A stretch of DNA of 64,000 bases, from the NCBI RefSeq assembly GCF_006345805.1, contig NC_043008.1, positions 47,182,001 to 47,246,000 of the forward strand. The letters run 5' to 3'. The position numbers and the translations under genes were made by a program. Shown here in pieces: positions 52,241 through 64,000 of this stretch. Origin of the DNA: Octopus sinensis. Taxonomy: Eukaryota. Position 1 is the first letter of the stretch; each line of letters begins with the position of its first letter. Under the pieces are notes generated by a model. That model was not told the origin of the DNA and made no database searches. It saw only the letters and a list, made by a program, of their open reading frames with translations.

Positions 52241-52483
52241 TAAACGCACTCAAACCATATAGTGATAGAGGTAATGAAGGAAAACGGATTAAAGGATGCA
52301 AGCGAACACATTGTCACGACTCCGCTGGAACAAAACTCGGTTACCTAAATTGTCCAGTGAATGGCACAGTAACCCACATAAGTTTCTGTCATCAATTTGT
52401 AAATGCGATTAACAAACACTGAATGAGTTCCGTTTACATTCATGCTACGTACGTGCATATTTATATATATATATATATATATA

Positions 52484-55232
52484 TAGTTGGCATCCTTTTT
52501 GTCTCGGGATTCAATGGAGTTACGCATAAAATAATCCAGTCTGGATTTTACATTTCATATCCTTTGCATCTGCTGCTGTGTAGTCCTATCCTGGACAAAC
52601 ACTCCCTCTTACAGGTGCTGCAAATGTAGCAAAGACTTTGCCTGGCTGGTAGTAATGTCATAGTTTCGTGTTGACGTATTTTTTTGTCTTTCCATTCCCC
52701 CCCCCTCTCTCTCTCTCACTCCTTTGTTTTCCCTCTTCTGTGGTGCGTCGCCAATTTCCACGGTTGCTGGGAACCGCTTCCCAATTGCTAATATTGACGT
52801 CACAGGCATTCATGCCCCTTTTGAAAACATCCTTGTACCATATAAATGGTCTTCCAACAGACCTAGTGTTCCTAGCAAGCTCTCCGTAGATTATGTCCTT
52901 GGGGATTCTGCCATCTTCTATACAATTAACATGTCCAAGCTATCTCATACGTCTTTGTGTGAGAAGTGCAAACATGATTGGTTTTCCTGCTTGCTTGAGG
53001 GCATCTTTGTTGAGGACACGAGCCTGCCATTTGGTGCCAAGGATTTTCCGGAGGAAGCGCAGGGGAACGATATTTAGGCAACGCTCGTGGCGTGTGTATG
53101 GCGTCCAGGTTTCACTTCCGTACAGTAGAGTGCTAAGTACACATGCCTGCTAAATCTTCATTTTCGTGATTAGCTTATTGTTGTTACGTTCCCATTTGAA
53201 GAGTTGGGCCATCACAGCAGCTGCCTTGCCAAGGCGTGTATTAAGCTCGGCATCAAGGGATAGGCTGTAGGTGACGGTAGAACTAAGATATGTAAACTTC
53301 TATACCTCTTGTAGTCTACGGTCTCCAATATGTATGTTTGGGATGTCCGATGTAGCCTGACCCATGATGTTGGTCTTACTGAAGCTGATATCTGAGCCAA
53401 AGTCTCTACATTCTTGCTCAAAGCAGTTGCTGAGCCTTTGCTGAGTGTGATACCAGAGCAGCAGCATCAGCGAAGAGCATCTCCTTGATCTTGGCATGCA
53501 GACTCGAGAGATTGAACTGTTTCCCGTCACTTCTACTGTGCAGAAACACTCAATCATCTCATGTTTCAAAAGGATGTGACAACAGCAGCGAGAAGAAGAT
53601 GCCAAATAATGTAGGAACAAAGATATAGCCTTGCTTTAACATGTTCTTTATTAGGAAGGCGGCTGATGTTGAACCATTGAGCTGTGTGGTGCCTTGCATA
53701 TCATCATGGAAAGATTTGATGATCCTCAGCAGCTTTGGTGGACATCCGATTTTTTGAAGCAGGATGAAGAGGTCTTTTCCACTTACCAAGTCAAAGGCAT
53801 TTGTCAGATCAATGAAGGCCATATATAATGGCATTTTCTGCTCTCTGGACTTCTCCTGAAGTTGGCGTATGGAGAATATCATGTCAATAGTTGATCTGCT
53901 TCTTCTAAAGCCACACTGCGATTCTGGATAAATTCGAGAAGCAAGCAGTTGTAGCCTGGACAGGATAACGCGAGCAACGGTCTTTCCAACAGTGCTTAGA
54001 AGAGATATTCCACAGTAATTGCTACAATCACCACAGTCACCTTTGTTTTTGTAAAGCGTAATGACGTTAGCACCTCGCATATCCCGAGAGGCTGTACCCT
54101 TTTCCCAGGACTGACACAGAAGCTCGTGAAGGTGCCGATGTAGGACGGTGCTTTTCCCGGCTTTGATGATCTCTAAGGGGGTGCCATCTTTTCCCAGAGC
54201 CTTGCCACTGGCTAGGGAATCAATAGCCTTGGAGTGAACTCCACTATGGATTTCAAATTCGCACATGGCTGGCAAGATCTTGACACCCTCGATTGCAGCC
54301 TCAGCTACCGTGATCTCCCGTGAGTAGAGATCCTTGTAGTACTCCACCCATCTATCCATTTGCTTTCTTTGGTCTTTGATGAGATCTCCTGTAATTGATT
54401 TCAGAGGGGCTGACTTGGTTGCGGATGGATCGAGGCCCTTCTCCAAACCGGCATACATCCCGCGGGTGTCGCCACTGTCAGCAGCAAACTGGATACTCTG
54501 ACAGATTTCCTTCCAACACCTATTGCAACAGAGTCTGGCAGTCAGTTGGAATTTACTTCTTGCCTTTCTGAGTTCTTCGAGTGTCTTTGTAGAAGAATCA
54601 CTCTTGTATTGCATCAGAGCTGCGCGTTTTACTTCGATAACTGGTTCCAACTCTGAGAACTCAGCACTGAACCAATATGGTTTATGCCTTTCACTCATTT
54701 CGAAAAGTATCTATTGATGTGGTATACAAAGCTTCCCTGATATAATTCAACCTACTTTCAGCAGAGGAGGTTGGGCAGCTACTGAGGGCAACCTTGATAG
54801 AAGCAGCAAAACGTTTCCGCAGTCTAGGTCCGAGATTCTGCCAGTGATAATGCGTGGTCGGTCCTTTTTCTTGGAGTGTTGGACATTTTTAGGCAGAATC
54901 TTCACCCTACTTCTTATTAGTGAATGATCTGTGTGACAATCCGCACTATGGTAACTACGGGTCTGTTGGACAGAATTCATAAAGGATCTTCGTGTGATGA
55001 CGAGATTCAACTGATGCCAGTGGTGAGATCTTGCATGTCTCCAAGATGCATTGTGGGATGGCTTGTTGGCAAAGGATGTGTTGGTGATGCACAGGTTATG
55101 CTATGTGCAAAACCTCAAGCAGTCTCTGACCATTGCCATTCATATTGCCAATGCCAAAATGTCCGACACAAGTTTGCCACGAATCATGGTCAGATCTCGC
55201 GCGAGCATTAAAATCTCCTAGGATCGTTAGTT
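52484..55232 (-). mobile_element. RTE-clade LINE, 5'-truncated in the endonuclease, degenerate
   Basis: LGDFNAR (APE); 379-aa ORF 53559-54698 (NYCGISLLSTVGK, QCGFRRSRSTIDMIFSIRQLQEK, FIDLTNAFD); RIPKDIIYGEL; YICSTCKRECLSRIGLH; 3' end ggatgccaacta into (TA)n. Confidence 0.93.
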
Positions 55233-55350
55233 TGTCGAGCGAAGTACTTAGCAGTATATTGTGTTTACGTTCTGAGTTCAAAATGGTGGCGGGGCGATTT
55301 TGCGTTTCTGGCCTTCGATTTCGATATAATCGCTACTGGCGTCGATATAT
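55233..55350 (+). mobile_element. SINE family B fragment
   Basis: cttagcagtat..tttacgttctgagttcaaa matches the family head. Confidence 0.5.
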
Positions 55351-55660
55351 TTGATTAAACTATTCCTGAGTAAGAGTATATAAACAATCATGCTAACATT
55401 TGGGGAACACAAAAGTGCCTATGCCAGAAGGTTACTTGGAAAAGAGATTCACGGTCACCAGTGTAGGCTACAGTAAATCATGTGCACAAACTGACAGCAA
55501 CAAGTGGCCTCTTTTATCAACGAAATGCGTATGGTTTCACGATAGTACACGCCCAAATACGGTAACAGCTCAGATTTCTTTCAATGAATGCTATAATTGT
55601 TCAGCCTCTGCTTTTCTGTAATAAATTACAGAAACAAGAGTGTGTATTATTTTTCTCTGG

Positions 55661-55751
<91 letters not shown>

Positions 55752-57941
55752 GAGGGAGAGGTTTCATGCTACCATGCATTCACGTCGACATTATCGGGAA
55801 TATTAAACTAAAAAGCCTGGGCTCGATTCAAATTGAAAACTGTTTATGATTCTACCGATAATGCTGATGATACTGATAATATGGCTATGCTGATAGGGTT
55901 GTACAGTAATAGGCAGCTATACAGAGATTATAATAAATATCAAAATAATTATTTGCACTCGTATCTAGGAACAGAGAAAGCATTTAAATAGCTGGAAAAC
56001 CTACGAGGAACCACGTCCATATTGCAACTACTGGAACCTTCCTTATTATTGTGCCTTATGAAAATTCATAGCCTACGTTCTGATTCAATTTACGGCTTAG
56101 TGCTAATTAAGTGAAATTATTAACCAGTCAGCATTCGTTAATCTTAAAAGTCACAATGAAAGTGTTACATATATGTATCATAGTTTGGAATATCTCGCTA
56201 ACTGCATTATGGCGAAAGAAAACTCACCCTCCATATTCTGATATTAAAATCGTCGTTGATAATTAATGGTTAATTCAGTATACATTGTGTGTATATTGCA
56301 ATTGTGTTCAAATATCTTAGATTGTAGGCCTTCACAGAAATTCTGTACTAACTTATACAAATATAATTGTCGCAGTACGATCTGATATTCCTTGAGATCA
56401 CTCCCAGATGATGGTTAGTTAGACTGAACCTAATCTGCTTCGGATATAGGATTATGATTAGACCATGAATGCTTATCAGATTGGTGATATCCTTTATGTC
56501 AAAATTCTCTATTTCAATATTATAGCACGAGAGCAGCAAACACATGTATGATATTATCGTCTCTCACTATGGCTCTCTTCTGCCAACAACAACAGACTCT
56601 GTATATAAATATTCAATTCAGTATTTCTTAAGATAATAAATATAGTATAAATACTATTGAAAATGTTGCGAATATTATCAGCGAAAGCATAGAACAATTG
56701 AATAGTAAGTTAGCTGCACATTAAATCAACATATTTCGGCAATGTTCCTCATGTAAGACACGGAAATGTGGTTATATCTAACTACACATCTGCAGGTATT
56801 AGTTGTAGCGGAAACTGCAAATATCGGTGACATAATTGTATTTTTATCGGAATGGTATGTGAAATATTTCGTACCTGTTTCCAACGTCAGTGTAATGAAA
56901 GATATATCGACCAGTTCTTATTTCTCATGCATTATCTGACTACACTCAAAAATATTGAATAAAACGGAACCAGTAAATAATATTCATGAGACGAAAGCTT
57001 TGAAGGTGCGATTTTGAAAAGAATGCGGACATTCGTGAATAATTAGTAGGTGATAAGACATCATGAAACTGTAGAAGGGAACATTCCTGGCACACACACA
57101 CTGATATAGTCAATGGGGTTTCGAAAATCTAACTGTAATGTAATCGAAAGATTAAGTTCGTGAAATATATAAAAACCCGCAACTTCTGTCATCTGGAAAA
57201 TATAACTTCTTTGACGAGTTTATGATTGGAAACGAGATAAATATGTTTAAGTCAAATCCACATTCCAACAACATATGTTGTAAGGTTGTATAAATCTTAA
57301 GGTGTAGAGTCGTGTTAGCTGAATATATCATTAAAATATAGGAAGATGAAACATATAGGACTATAAATGTAAGCTTTCGAATGTATTGAGATAGTTTTAT
57401 TGCAAGTGAGGAATCTAGCAAACATACCACCAAAGTAGAGAGTTTCAAAGGTTTGTAAACTGTCAGTGTATACCATTGCAAACGTGGCTTTAAACGTTCA
57501 AATGAGGACGACGGAATTATGAATGTTTACGACAAAAACACTAGTGGTTTCCATCGTAAATATTAATACTATTCTCCTTCGTATAATTATAAAATACGTC
57601 GTAATTTATTGAATTATAAGTTTTCACATATAACCAAATATACCGAATTTATAGCATTTGTATTATAAAAAATATAATGCAACCTCCACTACAAAATAAC
57701 ATTATATATCACTTGATGTATAATATATATAAAGATACGCAAGAATAATAGATAAATATGTGCGCGCGAGAGGACACACGTACACACAAACCCAGCAGTT
57801 GCATTTAGAACAATGCATTGTATTTGGGGAGTCTTTTCAACTCTAATAACATACCCTGAACAAATACTCTAAGGTATTCGAGTAATATTTTCTTCAACTT
57901 ACTCTGTACCTACATCAGACTTTTTATCGAAACACACACAC

Positions 57942-58150
<209 letters not shown>

Positions 58151-59648
58151 GCTTCAATTCCATGTTGAGAATTTCCGTTATATTCACATATTAAGTCTGC
58201 GAATTCTGTTATGATGTAAATGGCTGAGTGTCCCACGTATCGAACTTTAATACTCTTTTTGTTAAAAATCATTATATTTCGATTTTGCAACTATTTCCTG
58301 AATATAGAAGCCTTGGATGGAAGAATGCAAGCAATTCAACACGAAAGAATATCTCTCCAAATTGTAAGGAAAGTGAATCGCAAAGAAAATGAAGAAATAT
58401 ATAAATGGTAATTGCTTCACACTGGAAGGCGTTTTCTAGTCGAAGTGGTCCACTTCCACTTGAAGAAAGAAAGCAAAAATCTACCACAAAAAGTCAATAG
58501 TTGGTGTGGATTAGAAGAGAAGAAGAAGCAGCGCTTCTGTAAAGTACAAAACCCGAACCTAATGAAGCAGCTGCAGCAGAGCTCTAAAAACAAGTAATGG
58601 GGATGTTTAAAAGAAAAAAGAGAGAAGAGGAAGAAAAAAAGGAGAAACGATATCATCGATCGAAAAGGTATGATGGAAAATATCTCAAGAGTGTAAGACT
58701 AAAATGAAATGTAAGCGTATTAAAATGCTTGAATGGAATCAAATATTCTTATTGCTGAAGAAACATCGACACATGAAAATGAAATACAATCATTAATCGA
58801 AAAAGTAAGAATGGCAAAAGTTCAAAATAATTATCCACAGTAATTTATTTATAAGAAATCTTTTGCGTCGTTCTTACGGACCTTTGAATAATGTCTTCTA
58901 ATTTAGTAGAGCTAAATATGTTTGTTTCGTCTATTAAATCTGAGTTACTGAATTGGAAAATGCAATATTAGGCTAGCCAAAGTCAGAATGATATTGTCTA
59001 ACCGGAGAGACACACCAGCGCGTATTTGTAATTTCTCGAGTAAGTAATCCTCATTACAAACACTTCAAAGAGAAGATTAGATCTTACAACACAGGAGTGT
59101 CATTCGCTTCAGTGCTCATATTGAGTGGTGAGCCGTATTTCGTATGTATCCATGGAGAAATCTCTTACTGCATCTGCAATACCTATTCTACTGTTGGAGA
59201 ATCTTGACAATCTGTCCGATTTAATATAGTTCCTACAAACCTGATCGCTGATATTAGATTACAGAATCAAAAGAATGAAGGATAATGCATCTCTGATATT
59301 ATAAATTATTTCAGATCGGATCAGCAGAGCAAACAGTGTTTGTGCGTTCGGGTATAAAATGTCAAGTGATGTTGGATGTCAAGCAGTTCAACAAGCAGCC
59401 CAAAGAATACAAGTATTCAATATGGTAGTCAAATAAGAGCAAAACAATGAAGGGCAGCGTTCTGAATTCTACGCTGCCATTAAAGAGACAATGGTTATTT
59501 AGAAATACTGACGCGAATCAGCATTTTGAGCATAAATTTCTTGTTTACCCCCAAAATTATACAACTTCCCTAAACCATATGAATATACTCTGGCCTCACC
59601 GAGGTCAAAATTCCCATTTATTATTCTGTTATTATTCTGTCCCTATTA

Positions 59649-59810
59649 AGGCAGCGAGCTAGCAGAACCGTTAGCATGTCGGACGAAATGCTCAGCAGTA
59701 ATTCGGAGTCGATAAAATAAGTACCAGTTGAACACTGTGCCGATGATATCGATTCGTCCCCTCCCACAGAATGGCTGTCCTTGTGGCAAAATTTGAAACC
59801 ATTATTCGGT
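59649..59810 (+). mobile_element. SINE family B with internal deletion, inserted in the fossil Helitron
   Basis: aggcagcgagctagcagaaccgttagc...gtcgataaaataagtaccagttgaacactg. Confidence 0.8.
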
Positions 59811-60664
59811 CTTTATTGAGAACTAAGTTGTCACCACTGTTGTAATTTCAACTCATTTTACCAATAGATTGAATAATTTCATCTTTAAGGTGACTCAAAT
59901 TATTTGAATTACGCATTTAATAAAGTAGGACGTCTCCGACTTGAACATTGTCCAACACCAATTAAATAGCTATTGTTCCATGTAATGCAACGACTTCTAA
60001 ATGGCGTACAATTATTTTATCACCATCATTTCCATGCTGCATTACTGAACGCCACCACAGTGAGAATGTCCTAAGGAGAAATTTCTTTACTATCGAATTA
60101 TTTCTGGTATAATATTAGAGATAATCTGGTTTAGAAGCCAGGTATTGTGACAGGTACACGTAAGGTAGAAATTACAGAATCTTTGAAAGCAACCGTGCAA
60201 AATATTTGGGAAACTATTAAGGCATATTAATATTGTATCAAATTATAAGAAAGAGGATTATGTGATGCCGATATCTTGATAATACAAAATGAAGAAAATG
60301 AGTTTAATGACGCAACAAAACAAAGTATTAGGCACGGAAATATTTGGTCGATATACTGTGACAACTGTTCAAGAAACCTTTAAGGAATCCATGATTCATG
60401 ATCCCTCTGGCAATCTGAATCCTATTGCATGAAGAATGGTAAATGCAATAACGATTTCTCTGGAGGATCCATGGAACATAGTGAAATAAATATTGACGAT
60501 ATCAAATATATGGAAAACGACTAAAATGTGTGATTCGACAACCGTACCGTTGAAAGCCGAAGTATTGTTGCTTCTAACAAACATCAGTGTTTCACGTTGA
60601 ACAGTTATAATAATCCACAAGGAAATTCCGTGGGGATATCTGTCAATAACATCCTGAAACTTCT

Positions 60665-60675
60665 TTATATATATG

Positions 60676-60757
<82 letters not shown>

Positions 60758-60830
60758 TGTGAGTGTATGTGTGTGCGAGTGTCTGTGTGTACATATATAC
60801 ATATACTTATATATAACTTTATATGAATGT
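60665..60830. repeat. (TA)n/(TG)n microsatellite inside the Helitron Rep domain
   Basis: Directly visible. Confidence 0.95.
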
Positions 60831-63096
60831 ATGCAAGCATGTATATATGTATGTTAAGGCTACGTAACCATGACTGTTCAAATTGACAACATCAATAGCG
60901 AGAGAGTTATTATTCTTGCTGAAATCTCCCGACACTCACAAGACACATCATACTTCCACAATGTATTATCTGTGAGAGAATCCAGAGTAGGATAAATCGC
61001 ATGCCAGTAGAAGTATAGTATTTCATTTGGGAAGATAATGGCTTGTGTGTGACTGAGGAAAATGTGGAACTGATAAAATCACACACCTAATATTGGGAAT
61101 CGTTACGAAACGGGTTCGAGGCATTCCGAGTTTGTTGATACCCTGTCAATATGTTTTTGGAGAGGTTGCCTCAGGGAAAACAATTCTTTTGGACTTCCCC
61201 GAAGCCATTCTATTGATAATAATTACAGTTATGTATAATGCATCCGAATGCTTCCTTTTCAAAACATTGTTTTAGGATGTGAGGAAAGAAACGTGTTTCG
61301 CGTGTCAGTGTGCTGTGGATAGAGATGTCTATGAAACTGTCAAAGACGTCACTGAAAAACAGAATTTCACTTGTGATGTCGCTGAACGGGTCAGATATAT
61401 GAATGAAATTTATTTTTTTCAAATGCTCCTTATCTATTCTACTATTAGTTCGAAGAAGATATGAAAAATGCTTACATCAAAGAGAAAAAATAATGGTGAG
61501 AAATAATTGTTTGAGAGTCTTTCAAGTCTGTTTCTGTTATAGGTTATTTCGAATATCGATTGCCAGTTCATGAAATTCACTTTGTTTGATTTCACTCAAG
61601 AACAACAATTATTTGAAGCATATCAAGGCGAAACAAGTGTTGGGTTGAGAAAGTTTAGGCAGCGATAAATATTAGAAGTCAGTGTGAATGCATTTTGCGA
61701 TGAAAGGACGGCTATTCAACACACGGGTAACTTTTCATTGGCTGACAATGGGTATGTAGCAAAGGTATTTATACAATTCTCTAATTGGTCACTTGAGGCA
61801 AAGCGAATTAGCTAATCTTCTTTTTACAACCACAGGAAATAGCTAATTATTCAGTGGACAAGCATTTGCCTAACCGGTTCCATTTCCTGCTTTTATTCTG
61901 CTTATATGAACGTCTCTACTACAATCCTTTGTTTCAACATAGATATTCTCTTCCAGATCTTCATCCCGATAATCATCAAAACTTCCAATAACAGCAGAAT
62001 GATTAGCATGTTCCTGATGGAAGCAATAACGAACGAGAGGACCTTAGAGCCTGTGTTATTGGAGCTCACCGCCGTTGCCGAGGTCAATGATTCATGTCTT
62101 GAGTCGATTTCCGTTAATGGGACCAACAGGCCATGCTTTGAGCACTCAACTCTTTGGAGACAAATGCAAAAGTTATATTTCGTTGGCAACGTATAAGCTG
62201 CAAGCCAAGAAGAATTCCTGATGGGATTTCTTAATCTTGAAATATATTTAGAGATGCATTCGTAATACATAGGATTTTATCTTGGAATTTTATAAAAAAG
62301 TAGCAGCTAGAATAATGTTGCTAATGGTTTTGGGTAGATACTGACACCCAGTGGTGTTTACCTGGTCGACCTGTGAAACATCCAGGTTGTGTCAGCTGGA
62401 GAGAGGGGGAGAGAGTTTCAGAGGGAGCGAAAGAGATTCAGAGGGAGAGAGATAGAAAGTGAGGAAAAGCGATGGTGAGGGAGCATATGATAACATGATT
62501 GGGTTGGGACTTTATTGAACACTTAACCTATTCTTTTACCTTCGCTGGATTGAAATCAACGCTGAACATCCTTGAACAAGTATCACAACACCACATATCC
62601 GACTGCATCGACTGAAATGCAAGACATTCTACGTACAATGCATCATATGATTTGCTTTCCTCTTACTTTCCTGCTGTGATATGAGGAGAAAAAGTAATTC
62701 CCATCCATGCAGCAGTGTGTTATTTTGCACATTTCTATCGGTAACTAACGTGTGTCAAAATAATTCTCTTTTTTATTACCTAAGAGAGATTTAAGCGTGA
62801 TTTAGCAAAAGATATAAAGATATGAATATATTTTCATGCAGAGGTGAGTGAACCACACAACTGCTAACACGCCAAGCACAGCATATAGAAATATACACAA
62901 GAGGTGTATTTTACTTGAAAATCAATCTGACTTCGAGGAGTCTCAGACAAACATTAGCTCAACCCAGATACTAACTGCATTTACATATCCCGGTTTTATG
63001 GAAATATCACATAAACATTCAACATACATCACCAGTGCTTGATAAGGTTATTTCTTAATGCAGCACAATGCAATCAGTGTACATACACTGGGGCGC

Positions 63097-63133
<37 letters not shown>

Positions 63134-64000
63134 ATATTGTATAAACACACACACATATATATATATATATGTGCATTCATACATACACACACACATACAC
63201 ACACACACATGCATATATATATATATATATATATATATGCATGTATAAATGACGCCGGCATGTGGGCATGTTTTGTATTTGTTTTTGTAGTATGTGAGGA
63301 GAGGAAAAAGTCAAGATGCGCATGATTACAATAGAAAATTGTAGATGTTTGGGATTATGTTTTATATATATTGTATACAACATATTATTCGAAAGTATAT
63401 TACATGTTTTCTAATGGCAGACGAAACCGCGAGAGAGATGTTTGACATAAATATCTATACACGGGTGTTTTCTCCCCATACAAACTATTGTTGTGTATGC
63501 TTTCTATGATGTAAATCAATTGTATTTCTCACACAAACACTATCCACAAACTTACTTACTGCCATCTTCATTCTTGGCAAAATCCCATTTACAAGCACAA
63601 ATTGCTTCCAAAAATTATTATTGGCATGTTAAAGGATGATAACTTGAATATATTCTCAATTTGACAGCATACCCGAGTTCTTGAGCTGTAAATTACCTGA
63701 TCGATAAAACGAGAGAATACCACTGGTCGCTGCGTAGTAGCCTGTATGCTGTGACTGCGGCCCTGACACTTCGTTTATTTCATATCTTTCTTAAGTAACT
63801 CTCAGCATTTGATGAAGTGCCAACAGATTACAACCAATCTAACTTAATGTTGTATTAAAGAGTTCTAGCAACACTCACTACCAAATAAATTAAATTACTA
63901 TTCACTGTTCTAGATTACACTTTTTGTTTCTTGGACAGATATTTTGTGGCCGCCATTCAATGTACATCATTCAATGTTCACCTGTTGACACAACGTTTTA

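Larger units (their letters stand above)
58900..62300 (+). pseudogene. Fossil autonomous Helitron RepHel gene (Rep/HUH plus PIF1 helicase), heavily decayed
   Basis: Ordered motifs: HFKEKIRSYNTGVSFAS (~59055), CIHGEISY (~59130), IWETIKAY*YCIKL*ERGLCDADILII (QKRGLPHAHIL, ~60250), SMIHDPSGNLNP..CMKNGKC (~60390), LKLLYIYVY (KYLYKYVYKG), ECFLFKTLF..RKETCF..VDRDVYETVKD (~61250), STLWRQMQKLYFVGNV (~62150). Confidence 0.85.

Noticed and set aside
62340-62400. ctgacac...gtgtcag hairpin after the fossil Helitron
   Set aside because: No CTAG terminus and no ribozyme core; the helicase C-terminus is absent, so it is not a credible Helitron end.

Overview
AT-rich, repeat-dominated eukaryotic DNA (intergenic or deep intronic). 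The SINE families, microsatellite load and TE mix point to an octopus/coleoid cephalopod genome; this is an inference. I can support no intact host protein-coding gene, rRNA, true tRNA or CRISPR array. Almost all long ORFs in the track are translations of (TA)n/(CA)n/(ATT)n microsatellites or antisense frames of transposons. Retroelements: two RTE LINEs (one with a 5' inversion), a young 5'-truncated CR1-type LINE with a 444-aa RT ORF, five R4/Dong-type fragments (four beside (TAA)n arrays), several Penelope-like remnants and about 14 tRNA-derived SINEs of three families. DNA elements: five Tc1/mariner remnants, a TTAA-flanked MITE, a ~3.4-kb fossil Helitron RepHel gene plus non-autonomous Helitrons, and two large inverted-repeat structures. 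The most notable non-obvious signal is a minimal type-I hammerhead ribozyme fold at 21818-21895 with a palindromic stem III loop. All family assignments come from motif recognition by eye, not database searches.
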